Origin: Tubiluchus corallicola
Lineage: Eukaryota > Animalia > Priapulida
Reading direction: 5' to 3'
DNA length: 64,000 nt
NCBI GenBank assembly: GCA_030141605.1
Contig: JAQGDQ010000278.1
Span: forward strand, 186,001 to 250,000
The position numbers were made by a program, and so were the translations under genes. Every line of letters begins with the position of its first letter. The stretch's first letter is position 1. Shown one piece after another: positions 1-14,400 of this stretch. The notes beneath the pieces were generated by a model. That model worked only from the letters and a program-made list of their open reading frames with translations. It was not told the origin of the DNA and ran no database searches.

Positions 1-35
1 TCATGAAAATTAAAATCACATTTACTTTTAAACTA

Positions 36-132
36 CAGTAGGCGCTGTTTATTAGATTCACGGTTAATAGACTGAGTCGCTTGAGTCAAAACACTTCTGT
101 CCCAAAGTGAGCCTATTAAGCGGTGCCTACTG
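36..132. mobile_element. Internally deleted Tc1/pogo-type MITE (family A)
   Basis: TA|CAGTAGGCGC...GGTGCCTACTG|TA. Both halves match the ends of the longer copy at 41403-42286 (caaaacactt..gtcccaaagt..ctattaagcgg). Confidence 0.8.
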
Positions 133-280
133 TATTATTGGAAAAACTTTTAATATTTCAAAACAGTCCTATAAAACATGGAAATCTTTACAAAAGAAAT
201 GATACTTTTCAAAAGATAAACATGCGCTATATTTAATTATAGACTGATTATTTCGTACATAAAACACCATTTAATTTCAG

Positions 281-533
281 GTCAATTAATCCCGTGGAGA
301 ACATTTTTGTTGTACTAGGAGCTATAGGTGAGGGATTTCACAACTATCACCACACTTTTCCTCAAGATTATGCTACAAGTGAATTTGGAAAATTGTTCAA
401 TCTTACAACAACCTTCATAGACTGCATGGAGCGACTAGGGTTTGCATACAATCTCAAAATAACTCCAAAATCAGCAGTACAACGACAGAAAGAGAAACGA
501 GGTGACGGATCGGAGGGGTTTGGCATCTTATGA
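281..533 (+). CDS. SCD: Acyl-CoA (stearoyl-CoA) delta-9 desaturase, last coding exon; upstream exons lie outside the window
   Basis: Acceptor tttcag ends at 280. Translation SINPVENIFVVLGAIGEGFHNYHHTFPQDYATSE contains the third His box GEGFHNYHHxFP of delta-9 desaturases. TGA at 531-533; AATAAA at 595 and 602. Confidence 0.93.
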
Positions 534-1195
534 TCGCACTGCTGTTAACACTTCATTTAAAATCCGGTTACAAGGTTAATTATAAACAAAGTTAAATAAA
601 CAATAAACAGAGTAACTTATGTTTATAATGCAAATTACAATGCCTAAATACTCTACTTCTTTTTGTTACTTGAAGGGCCATTTTTTAAAATCAGAGTAAA
701 CAGCATTAATCAATATAAGTTACATTCTGACAGTAACAAAATATTAGTTGTACAAAATTTAGCCCGAACTTGAGTTCTGTGTGAAATAATACTTTTACTA
801 TCTACTTTTCAAGTCATTACTGATGTTAATTAATGCAAAGTATAGTTGTCCCTGGAAAAACAAAATCAGCAGTTAAGGTGTAAACACTCACTAGCTGCTA
901 GTGTTTGTTTTGATAATATTTATGGCATGTCAGGAAGGTAACTGCTCAAGCTGTTGTCTGTGAGGTCTTGGCATATGCAACCTTTAACCACAACATGTCA
1001 AATTTATTCACGGAATTTCACGCAAATAAACAACATTCGCATCTGTGTCTCTGTTAGATCTGTTTAAGATAAACATTTTGAATTTGACAGCTGTGGGCAT
1101 CAAATAAGTAGTATTTCATCATTAGCATAGCGAAACTCATAAAGAAAATTTGAAGATTTTCACATTCATAATGTTCATAAAATAAACAAACTCAC

Positions 1196-4100
1196 CCATT
1201 ATCATTTTCGCTGTAAATTAGATTTGGCCCGAAAACAATAGCTATATTTGATGTTGTCATTTTATTGGTGTCTGACAATGCAGCAAGTTTTGCCAAGAAC
1301 TTGATGAGGTACCTGTAACGCAGAAGTTACATTTAATTAGAACAAGCTGAAGTGTGACAAATGCATAGTAAACACTTGATTTCCTTTGCCTGTGTTATTT
1401 CATGGGCTCGTTTCTTTTGTTTTTCACATGGAATAGAACAGAAAAGAAACTTATTTTTTACATGGATGCACATCGAAATTGCATATAATACAATATTTCC
1501 ATGATAGTCCATGCATGGTTAGTGCATTAAACGATTTCAAATAAATAAAATTAAACAAATAAAAATTAAACATTAATAGCATACATTAAATTAAATGAAC
1601 ATTTAATTAAAAGTTAAGCATTCAGAATTAGGAAATTTAAATTATTAATAAGTGCCAGAAAACAAGGCTAATAAGAGTTATAAAGTTAAAGTTCATAAAG
1701 AAAATATTAAAAGAATTAAATAAGTTAAAAACCAGTTAAAAATTATTTACTAAATACAGCAAAACTAGACTGATAAAACAACATTTTATGACTAAAACTA
1801 CTAAGTACTAAATGTTTAAGTACTAATAAAAATCACATCCCATTAAAAAAATTAAATGTTTAAACTTGTTATTGCTAAACAGTGATTATGAATAAAACAG
1901 CATGAGGTCAATAATAAAGTGATTAAAGATTAAAATCACTAAAAGTTACTAAGATTTCAAAAATGACATAAAGACCAAAATGCAATTTAATTTAAAACGG
2001 TATTAAGCAATACATTCTTTAACTGTTTCTCTGTTGCTGTGAACTTCAACTCTTGATTTACATTATTATACATCTTTGGCTATTTCACATCACACTTTAA
2101 TGGCTACACTTGTTCATCAAAATGACTGTCCTAAGCTGACGTTTGCTATAGTAACATCAGCTTTTATTGTGCTCTTTCAAGTACACAAATAAATTTCAAA
2201 ACATATAATAACCTTAAATGAAAACCGGACGACTGATTAAACTCAATCTCATTTTAATTTACTGTCCAAGATATAAAAGTTAGCAATTATTTGAAATATT
2301 CGAGTAATTAACTCAAAAAGTTAATTAATGGCAACCAAACACAGCTATCACTTATGTCACAAACAAACCAGAGTTTGTGCAATGGTAGTCATCTTCTCTG
2401 CACGTCAAGCACATTTGTGTAAGTGAAGATTGCTATAAGACATTGATGTGATGTCACAGACGAACAATGCAGTTCATTATCATGTTTGTCACGGTACCGC
2501 CCTTATTTGTCGGCCACACGAATATGACAAAAAAACTCCATAGCCAGTTTTAGTGGATTCGCTCAGCCATGCATAGCTTTGAAAGTTTAAGAAAATTTAA
2601 CTATCCAAAGCAATTATTATTTAATCTAAGCTTCCATTTAAAAAAAACTGCATAGCTTTGAAAGTTTAACATAAGTTAACTAACCGAGGTAATTATTATT
2701 TAATTTAACCTTTGATTTAAAAAAAGCTGTTGTAGTTTTCAATATTTTAAAGCACATTTTATTTTGGACTAATTGTCTACACAATCGTCTGGTTTTCCTT
2801 TAACAGTTTATGCAACAGTAATATTACCAAAACAGGCATTCAGAGTTTTAGAATGTAAAGGTTGAATTCAACTGCTTACCTAAAGTTATTATAATTTGGC
2901 TTCGGCAGTGATTCACACAGTTTATAAAGTGCTTCTAATCGTTTCTTTTCATTTTCTATCCTAAAAAATATAAATAGAGTGATACTAAACTATTAATGCA
3001 ACTTTCAAATGAACAATAAATAAACAAGCACGGAATTACATGTACTGCAAGTCAGAGAACAGTCACTGCACATTTTCATTATGAAGTGGCCTCTCTGAGG
3101 CAGTCAGCAATTTTCAACATAATGGTTAAAAAAATCTATAGCATCTGTAAATGCCATTGATCAAAAATTTACAAAAACTGTCCATAAACTGCAACACCTA
3201 AATAATTTTTATTAAAAAGGGACTTGAAGCTCGTTAACCTCGTAGGCAAACTATTATATAGTTTTTACCAGAAAAGTGTGGAATTTTTTGCAGTAAGATG
3301 TAGGATGGGGGAAGAGCTTTTTCAAATTCAAAAGCAGGATCCAGGAATCAATTTGCGATCAAATTCACAGGAACTATTGAGTTTCGGTTTAGTTATTATT
3401 AGGCCTATTTGTACAAATTTCTTGCTAAAAATGTCAATTTGAGTGTTCCATATTCACGTACGCAATGTTAAAACTCAGATGACTAGTGGCTTAAGCTTTT
3501 TTCTTATAAAAGTTTAACAGTACAAACTTTTGCTTAAACAATATGTCAGCCAGATTATTTCAATATTTATTTCAAGTTTCACACCTTCTGCATGTCTCAC
3601 TTTTACCAGCAACTATAAGACATGGCCCAGGAGATGGCCCATTGAATCTTTTCGTGCTATGTTATATTTTATATAATGTTTTGGCTTTGCATTAACACAA
3701 AGTATAAACATTTTATAAAACATAGCAATTTCCATTTAGATCTTGTTAACTCTGACCAGGTTTTGCTTGTTTGCCTGGAACAGTTTCAGCTTGACTCCGA
3801 TTTGGCCAACAACAAGTTATGGCTTGATTTTGAATTCGCCTACAGCAGCTTTGGCTCGATTTGATTTTAATTTTGATTTGGCCTACAGCAGTCACTGCTT
3901 GATTTTGATTAGATCTACATCAGTTTTGCTTGATTTTGATTTATCCTACAACAGCTTCGATTCGATTCTGATTTGGCTTTAAAAGTTTTAGCTTAATTTT
4001 GATTCAGCCTACAGCAGTCTCGATTTGATTTTGATTTGGCCTACAGCACTTTTGGCTTGGCTCTGATTTGGCCTACTGCATTCTGATTGGCGTACAGTGG

Positions 4101-5421
4101 TTTCGGCTTTCTTTTGATTTTTTAACATTCGTCACAATACATCTTGGTCGAATTCTATACGATACTCGTCCTTAATTATTCCATACACACACATAAGCTG
4201 TGAATTAAAGAGAAGTATTTTAATGAAGCTATTGTCAGAGTCAAGACATTTTCTCTGCCTCATCCAGGGCATACATGATGTATCAAGTTCTCATAACAAG
4301 ACATTTTCCATACCTACTAAACTATCCAATTCCGAGCATTTCTTGTAGCTGTGCCAGTCTAACTGTGATAGACGAAAATAGCGGGTTTACAAACATTTAA
4401 GCACACCAGGCGATTCACACTAAAAAATGGGTCACAGACAGCTAGCCAAACGCAGCCTAAACCAGCACGTGGCTAGTGTTGTTGATCTAAACCAAGGTAA
4501 ACGCAAATGTGCCACAGATCACTCTGATGTAATAGCTTAATTATCTCATCTTTTTGTAATATCGCTGAAGTATCAAAACAGCATTTCTAAGTGCATAGTT
4601 CTTTGGACAAGGGTCAAGACGGCTGCCTTGGACAGAATGCATTACTAACTTGGGAGACTCAGTTTCATTGTATTACTACTCGTCATCTATCATCTACTCT
4701 ACTGTTTCATGTGCTGTTTAATGACTATTGTGCACACTGTGCTTGTAGGATTTTCAAGTAGCCTTGGTATCGTAAAGGACAGCTGTTGATTGATTATGCA
4801 CGCAACTAAGGCATTCCAGTTCAGTTCCCACTTTCGCCATTCTTTCTGGGAATTATTGGCATAGTCGCACATAAATGTTACGCATATTACAGCAATAGCA
4901 ACAACAATTAGGTTAATCAATGCTCTAGCAGACTTGTACCATTTTCAATGAAAGTTGAAAAAGCTACTATTTATAAAACAAAAATACCAAATTTTAACAC
5001 TAATCAAGACAAAAATCAGACTTAACCAAACTAAAATGTTTATGTTTCATTAATGATGTCATTTCGTACTGTGTTGTAAAATTGTGGGGTCAACACCTAC
5101 ATATAAAATACACGTCAAAAATACTGTAAAACATCTTACTTGTTTGCTGCCATCCATGAATTATATAGTTTATGTGTAAGAAGAGGGTCTGGAAGTTCTC
5201 TTAAATACAACTTTAATGCACTTGCAATGCAATGTACATCATATTCTGTTAAATCAGGTGAACCACAGTCGAATTCAGCACGTAGTTTTTTCATTCTAGC
5301 TGCGCTGCCAGCAATGCGAAATAATCCCTGAAAACAATAAACAAGTTATTGTACCTGAGTATGAATAAATCGCATCATAATAATAATAATAAAAACAATA
5401 CTGCTACTGCTGCTGCTGCTG

Positions 5422-5453
<32 letters not shown>

Positions 5454-8400
5454 ACCACCACCACCACCACCAATAATAATAATAATAATAATAATAATAT
5501 CAGCCTCCAAATTTTATTGAAATTTTTTTTGCTAAATAAGTTTTGATGAATGCTGATCAACATCAGAAACTGTAGCGAAAAAGAGTAATTACAGAAATTT
5601 TACAGCAAAAAATGACAATTTCAGAATCAACGTCAACTGCTTTAACTACACTAATAGAGGTTAACTAGACAGACAGATAGATAAAATCTTTACCTACTAA
5701 TTAAAAACTTACGTATACAAAGTAAAAATACATTGCACATAAGAAATGCTTACTGAATACAGGAGGCAGCATACCAGTCAATTATGTACATACATACATT
5801 AAGTAAGCAACTGAGTGAATATTAGCAATAGCATCGTCTACAACTAATAATAATACGAAAAAATAAACCATAGTAAATATAAAATTACTGAAAATTAATA
5901 AGCTATGGCACATGCAGTACTTATTTACAAAATTTATATATTTGCAGATAAGAAATAATCATTTCATTTATAACTAAATATTTATATCATGTGTAAGTTC
6001 TTTTTGCAGTATTTCAAAGCATAATTTATACAAGTTGAGCACAGCTGCACAAAGATTAGACTGATTAGGTAATGATTTTGTAATTAAATATAACCACCTT
6101 GATGTATATTATCTTATACAACCAACAAAGATTACACCATTAAAATTATGCACTTCTATAGCTATTTATGGTCTTTACTGCCCCTTTTGTGGTGGAAATT
6201 ATTACCATTATAAGTCTTTTATTAAAAACTATATTATACACTTTATATACCTACACGATCACAGAAATGTACCAGTTAAAAAACTGACCTGGTCCTCTCA
6301 TGGTAGTTATGGTGGAAACCATAATCGCCTATAGAAGTGCAACATTATAATAGCATAACTTTAGATGTTTTTATAAGATCACATGACAATAAACTCCATG
6401 TGATTGGACAATTAAATTTTGAATTCAATGACGTGGTTTATTTTGGATATTGTAGATAAATTTAGTGTTTTGGGTATGTGTCTTCCTCAAGTTGTACAAC
6501 ATTGCAGAATTCATTAGATTTCCCTTAATCTATTCTAACATAACCTAACCTAACCTATTCTAATCTATTTTAAAATTAACCTAACCTAACCTGTTTTAAT
6601 CTAATCTAATCCAATCTAATCTAATCTAATCTTAGAATTTAATAAACTGAAACAAATGATCCAGCTAGTTTAACAAAACTTAATCTTTATGATACAGTAA
6701 AACAGATTAGTTTATACACATATAAGGGACAATCGTACCTCTTCTTTAAGGCCTGTATCTAAAATTGCGCAGACACAGTCTTCTATAACCTCTGCAATTT
6801 CCCGATTTGTGGCTTTTAAATGTTCGGAAAGAGCGACTCCGTAGACGGGTTTTTGCAAAAACATAGCTGCCAAAAAATATTTCTAAATATGATATTTATG
6901 TCACAGCTATTTTACTTGGAATTTTAATAATTTCAGAGTTACCAAATATACACTTCGTTTCAATAATATGCAAGTTATAACTGATGTAGTAAATTATAAT
7001 CTAACAAAAATAGCATACTTTCCCAGTGTTTTAATTTTGGCATTAAATCTTCTAAGTTGAGCAGAGCAAGTTGGTGGTATTCTCTCTGTATTTCAATAAT
7101 CTAAAAGAACATACATATAAACAATAAATATATGTTTATTTGATACTCATAATTTAAATAACAGAAAAGAAGTTTGTTCATAACAAAACTTTAGGTCTAG
7201 CAAAAATCTAAAGTTGCTGTAAAGATCAAAAAGTAAACCTTATTTATAGTGCCTTTTTCCTTTGTTATTTCTTTATAACATATAATAGTTGAAACCACTT
7301 TTGCACTAAAGAGGCAATTGGACTTTTATAATGCAGTAAAAGTAAAGGTTATACATTATTAGTGAAATGCAGTCTGTTAACATCGACCAATTCGTCTTCT
7401 AAGAGAGTAGCAATAAAAAACCAGGTAATTGGGCTTTATTCCTTTTTGTTATGCTATTCGGTACACTGGAAGATGGAGTCCGGGATACAATGGCTAGGGC
7501 GGTTAATGCTGAATGGTTACAGCAGAATTGGGTTCTATTTCATCTTCTAAGGCAACAAAGACTAAACTAAAAATGTATCTTAATGACCCTCAATATCAGA
7601 AATAGTCAGAGGCAATATAACATATGAGATCTCTATATTAGTTTTCCAGTGGTTAGCCATCCATTTACTAACCAAATCAGCTACTATTTAACTTAGCAGA
7701 TAACCACTCAGATAACGCATAACTGCTCAGCTATTTACCCCAATTTTAACTTATGTGTGACAGTTTACAAATGATGAAATCAGCAAGGCACCTCTCTTAC
7801 TTCAAAAACATCAAACCTTCTTTTTGAAATGGAGATGTACCTAAAATTTTTACAGACAAGTAATGGAAATTAAAAAGTATCATACAAAGAACGACTGGTA
7901 TGAGAAAAACTAAAAAAATCACAGAATTAATTAGTTATAGCTATATTTAAAAAAGTCTGCAAACAATTTAGTTACATTGAAAATTGTACGTGTTAAAATA
8001 AACTGTGCAGTGTACACGAAATAGTGTTACGATAACTGACAGTCTAACAACAAACTAGGGATAATTGATAATTATTGATACATATTGTTATCATTAACAT
8101 CCCTACAGCAAACTCAATAATGTTATTACATAAGTGCATTACCTTAACTAAAAGACGAGCAAATTCATCCTGTCTAGAGCACATCTTGTACAATTCGCTT
8201 GCAAGTTGATCTTTGCACTGTTCGACACGGGCCGCAGCTTCATTCTGTTCTTGCTTAATCTGATCTACCTTGGCTTGCTGTGCAGACAGATTGATAGGTG
8301 TGGCCGTACCGCTTGCAACCTGTGTTTCTAATTGCTTCTGTGCACTTTGATATCTATGAACAAATAATCAAACTTCAGTAAAACAACAGATACCTGTAGC

Positions 8401-11400
8401 ACCAAAATTTAATTCCAATTTGAGATAACTGTTTAATAACTTATTTTTGCTGTCAAGTAAATTAGTACACTTAATTAATGGACATTGTAAATGCCTTTAT
8501 TTCATAAGATTAAATTGCGAATGTTTAAAGGAGAAGATCGATTGAATTTCAAAATATATTTCAAAATGTTCACAAAGTAAAGTTGTCAGCTGGTTGCATT
8601 CTTACTTTTTTAAATAGCCTGTACCAAAGGCAAAAAGCCAAAAACTACTGTGATGCCAGCAAGCCAAGTAATGTAATTTACTGCGAGAAAATCACAGATA
8701 TGTGCACTGGTGCACTTGGTAGTATGCAAATATACCAACAGTTCACCACAGTTTCTTAACAGTGAAGCTATCATTTAATATGGCTTCATCCAAAGTCAGT
8801 ATAAGAGCTTAAATTTTCGAGTTTCTTAAAGTGCCATTGTGAAACATGAAATATGCATCCATTGTGATATTACATGTAGACGATTAGAAATTTTAAGATA
8901 CTTTTTAACTGCATATGGAAATTTACTATACTTAGCTATACTAGACTATAAAAACAAATAAATTCTGAAGTGGAAAATTGCTTGCATCACAAATTGCTCA
9001 ATAGACCTAACAGAAATAAATATTTAAAACCAGTCTAGATGCAAAGACTTTGAATTGACAAGAGTGAGACCATCTGCACACCCTAACTAAAAATCAACCT
9101 ATTTCCCATAACATTTTCCTTTTTTGCTGCTCAAGCAGAAGACAGTTTTGTTTTATGATTTCATAAAATTTCAACCATGTGTATTTACATTTTTATAAGC
9201 ATTTACGTAGAATTTGTTAACCGCAGATCCATATTTTTTTACCATTTCAGGCAGAAGCAGCTAGTAATAATTTTTTTCAATCTATGTCTAACAACTATTC
9301 TGTGAATTCGGCACTCAGCTATTAACAACCTGTATAGGATTTAGACATACAGAGTAACTACTACTGATCAGCTGTTAGTATTAAGGTTGTTTTATGCATG
9401 TGCAAATCATCCCTTCTATTAAACAAGACCACCGTCAGCTGGTACACACATTTATTATGGTAATTTTACACTAGCAATTCAACTAACGGTATGCTACAGA
9501 GTACTAAGTAACTCAAGAACTGCATATATTGAAACACCCATAGCCTCCTGGTATACCCACTATAAATCACTAAGGAAATAGCAGGCAGATGATTACCCCA
9601 GCATTAAGGCTCTGATGCCAGAGCTGTTAGTTGCGCTGTTAACATGGCTAGCTATATAAATAGAAGCCAGTGCTTGTACTGTTTATATTTAGTGGAAGAT
9701 GAGTAATGTTGCAACCTACATGAACTTACCTACTCTTCACAGCATCCATATCCAATGTTAATTTGTTCAGCTGCTTTTTTAACTTGGCGATATTTGGGAA
9801 ATCGACCTGAAATAAGCAAAATTTCTTTCAAATTTTAACCGGCTGTCGAGAAAAGTTAAAACAGTAGTAGAAAAGCAAATTAAAACAATTACTCTTGTGC
9901 TTAAATGAAAGATTATTCAACAAAAGAACATATTATTTATTATAAATTTGGGAAGGCATGGCTGGTTAATACGTCTGAAATAAAACATAAAAAAACGTAA
10001 AGCTACTGTATTGCTTAATATTATAATAGTGAACGGGCAAAGATTTTGCAGTCAGTTTAACAGAAGGGTGAAAGAAAGTTGGTTAAAAGTTAAAAATACT
10101 GTAAGTAAATATAAAACAAATACATACAAAAATAAAAATGTATAAAAACAAATATACACATATACAAAAATGCATAAATCTACTCAAGTTATATTAAAGG
10201 AGATGAGAAACTGTTAGTTAACTTGTCGACTGACTGCTCAGATTTACTGAGTAGCCCAGTTTACACATTGAAATTAAAAATTTACTTCTGTTTTAAGCTT
10301 TAGCAAATGCACAGTCTGTTATCTTGCCTGTTGTTATCTCAAGAGTGCACGAAATTATAAGTATACCAAAAATATCATTTTTGCATATGTTCAGCTGGCA
10401 CTTCAACCATTCAGCCAGTTAGGGTGTCTACCATTGAGCCAGCTAGACTGCCAACTGCTAATTATATTTGATGAAAAGAGATGAAGTTGAAAAGATGGTG
10501 AATATGCATTTTTGTATTAATTCCATAATATTAAATTCTGAATTATCCACCTTTGAAACGATAGGAATTTCTGAAATGAATGCAGAGTATTTTTGCATTT
10601 TGTATATATATAGCATCAACATTATCAATGATAAAGACACAATTTGATAGCATACAACCAATAGATATCTGATTCATACGATAGGCCGGAAGAAAAAACT
10701 CAGTTGAAAGAGGTAGATTTTTGAATACACCCTCCTCATAATAAAAAAAATGGTTTATTCTTTCATTCAAAGGTGAAAAATCTCAGTTGAAAGAAGTACA
10801 TTTTTGGATACACCCTCCTCACAACAAAATAATAATAAATTATTTTTTACCTCCAGAAATTCGTTCAAAGGTGTGAGAACATTGTTTTCCACTTCAATTT
10901 CATATTCCAAATGCTGCTTTCCTAAACAGTAGAACCCCTCTGCACATAGCTGGTAGACAGTGCTGCAAAGGAAGAACAAATTTCCACTATTTTTCTACGT
11001 CAGCCACGATTTCTCAAATCCAACGTAACCTTCTACCGAATTTCAAAATATCTCTTACGCTTGTATTGAGTTGGAAGTTACGTAACTTCTGATGCTACTT
11101 TTACAAATATGTTTTTCGGTTTTGCATTGAGTGCGATGAACCATGAGAGATGCTCTGACACGAAGAGTCGTGGGCCTCCAACAACCTCCTTATCGACAAG
11201 GCAAAGTTGTGGACCCGACCTATTTGTTAACTACAATTATGTACATCCAGTATCAAAGCTTTGAATATTAGTTTTTTCTGACAGCTTATTTTTGTTTTTT
11301 CTAATGCCAACTAAAGACACGATTCACAGTATACAACCAATGATTTCGTGTAATGAACCATGCATAATACTGTTTAAATAACATTGTTTAATTACTTAAA

Positions 11401-14400
11401 ATGCCATGCATTGTTTAATGTTTTACACATAATTGCTAAATGACAATTTTACATTAAAAGGTATAAAGAATATGTACCAGAATAAAAAATACATAAACAG
11501 CTAGGAGTACCAAGCCCAAGACAACTTGCTTTGTAATTCGCATAATTAATTACATAAATGTCTAGAGACTTGCACAGTTAATTTGTGATATTTTGTTTTC
11601 ATTAGCCTTCTGCCAGACATATCTAACTAAACATGAAAAAACTGCCAGCTTTTGAGGTATGACTTCTGAGCTAGATCACAAGTTGAGATGTTCTGAATTT
11701 TCCTAATACTTCTTTGGCACACTTCAAGGAGCAAAAATACTCTCTTTTTATATTTCTCACTTAATCTGTGAGATGCCGTAGCATTCCGTGAAAATCTTTC
11801 TTCAGACGTCTTCAATTTTTTCTTCAGAGGCCATCAATCTTTCTTCAGAGGTCATCAATTAAACTCTCTGCTATTCCATGCTAGTTAAATTTCGTCCTTT
11901 CTTGCACTTTTGGGATGATGACATTTCTATTGACTCTGACCTTCCTGATGGCTCAAGGTCAACTTACATTCTTATAATGTTTAGAATACTAGTAATGTAA
12001 AGGTATTACATTTTACAATAAACTGTCACGCCTTTTTGAGGGCGTTAATCCAGAGACATAGCCAGGGGGAGCAAGCACATAAAAAAGATACAGGGACACA
12101 TGAAGCAAATATATGTTTGTCTTTGCCACAACAGACAGCATCACCGTGTGACAAGAATATATTATAATAAGTAGATTTTGGGCAATTTGATCTTTGGTTC
12201 TATCAGTCAACCTTGACAAAAGAGTTGCGTAATTGCGCCCTCATTTCAAAAACATGGGAAGCTGGTTGGTCAAATAAAGAAATGGCAGGTCGTTAAAAAA
12301 GTGCCAATTTTGAAAAATGTAATCAGGGAGAATGGTTTCTCCCCTTGCTCTCTATTATCTACGCTGCTATTATTATTGTATTATTATTCATTTAAAGTTT
12401 AAATGAAATTTTGTATGTTCGATCGTGGCCAGGATGACTATTGCGACAACAAATAGTGCTGACAACATTTTTCAACTGAAATTTTTCAATTTTTCAACAA
12501 ACTTGTAAATTACTTCTCAACTCTCCAAAAATCATGTTTTCTAAATAAACAAGCCAAGATTTTTTGCAAATCTAAGATTATGAGGAACGTAAATGTGCGG
12601 CTAATCAGTGAAACGAGACATGTTTATGCTACTACAACACTGTTCAATATCATGCTTGCTAAACTAAACACTTAAACGCTAAGCAAAACATAGCTCGCTG
12701 TACTCACGCCAGTAGGCCCAAACCATCTCCCAGGATAGCGCTGTTATCATGAAGCTGAGAAGCCAGCAGTGATTCTGGTAACTTTTTCTGCGAATAAAGA
12801 GAGGTTTAGGTATTAGAAAGCAGTTGCATAAATGAGGGTGCACAATTACGGTGCAAACATCAATCACATAAAGGCCAATAAACACAAATTTTTAACTAAT
12901 TTAGCTAACCTAACATAGTTTCATTATTTATTAAAAGTTTAATTTCATACATACATATAAATATAACCTCCTAAACATTAAACTAAATTATTTTAATTAC
13001 TGTAAGTGTAACTCGGTACCACTGCTGCTACTGCACTGTTGAATTTCAAGTGAGTCCAGTAGCATGCACAAGGGGGCAGAAGCCCCTTATGCGATTGCCC
13101 CGGGCAACCATATCATAAGGGCATCCAATCAAAGAGTGAAATAAAATTTTATTTTTGAAATTTTAAATTGTCTTTCTACAAACACCCTACAGTCCCACAA
13201 GCTGACGTGACTGTGGATACAAAGTACCAGTCGGCCAGGACGTCACCACAGTAAACTACAAACACAGACATCCCATAATACTTTTCGGACAATCATCCTC
13301 ATCCTGCTATGACATCACTTAGCACATGCAGCCGAAGCATTTCTCAACCCTAGACCCTATAGGCCCCCTGCTTGAGTCTTAGGGGCATACAATCAAGGAG
13401 TTAGCCTCAGGCATCACCAAACCTCTGCACGTTACTGCAGATCACATTATAACCACTTACTATTATCTACAGGAAATTTAATGAAAAGCATTAGACAAAA
13501 AAGACACTCCTGCAAGCTACAAATACAGGTAATACCTCTTTAATAGCATCATACATAAGTACATTTGTTTAAATTTAGCTCAACATCTTCATCAGTCACG
13601 ATAAGCCATCTTGAGCCTTTCTTATGGCATAATTCCATAAACATGTTTTTAGAGACTGTGTTAAAGAACTCAATTTTCTTGCTAAAATTGCCACATGTAT
13701 AGATCTATTCCCATGAATTGCAAACAAGGTATTTTTAAGGTCACATACACCCAAATTTCATAATTTTTGGCTTGCTAAATGGAAAATTTGCTGCAGTAAC
13801 AATATATCAGTCAGCCCATGTGACTGAGTCACTTTATTAATTAACTGTTCAAAGAAAGCTTTTTTAAGTACTGGTAACTACAACTATCTAATCGATGCTC
13901 TTAAATACATACACTTCTTGAGGCATGTGTCAAAACCCAATTAATTCAAGGAATCAATTAATGTTAAAAATAACAGAATAGTTAGTTTATTTGGCTCAAT
14001 AACATAGAAAACCTAAAATATATAAATGATATAACATGATATGAAATGACATGACAACGACATGATATCAAATGATATGAAAAGACCAAAAGGTCTACTA
14101 GTTTACCACCCCTTTACCAAAATGATAATATAGATAAATTCCAGAAAAAAAAATCAGAAATAACATATTCAGAAAAGGTAAACATTCAATTACTGCGCAC
14201 CATTAAGGTTTATGATTAACCTCCATTAATATTATGTGTGTGCAAAACAAATCAACAAGACAGCCAAGTGATCTTACATATCTGTTAATAAATTACTAGA
14301 TGTCATTACCATCACAATCAATAAGCCTTTTCGCAGTTTCACCATGCACACGCGCTGTTGCTGTATGTCAAAGGTTACGTGAACCCCAGCAACGCATCTT

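Noticed and set aside
3750-4110. CRISPR-like repeat array
   Set aside because: Units are contiguous and degenerate with no unique spacers, there are no cas genes, and the context is a eukaryotic intron.
5349-5563. ORFs with poly-N/A/T or poly-L/V/A tracts
   Set aside because: These are translations of the microsatellite inside a RhoGAP intron.
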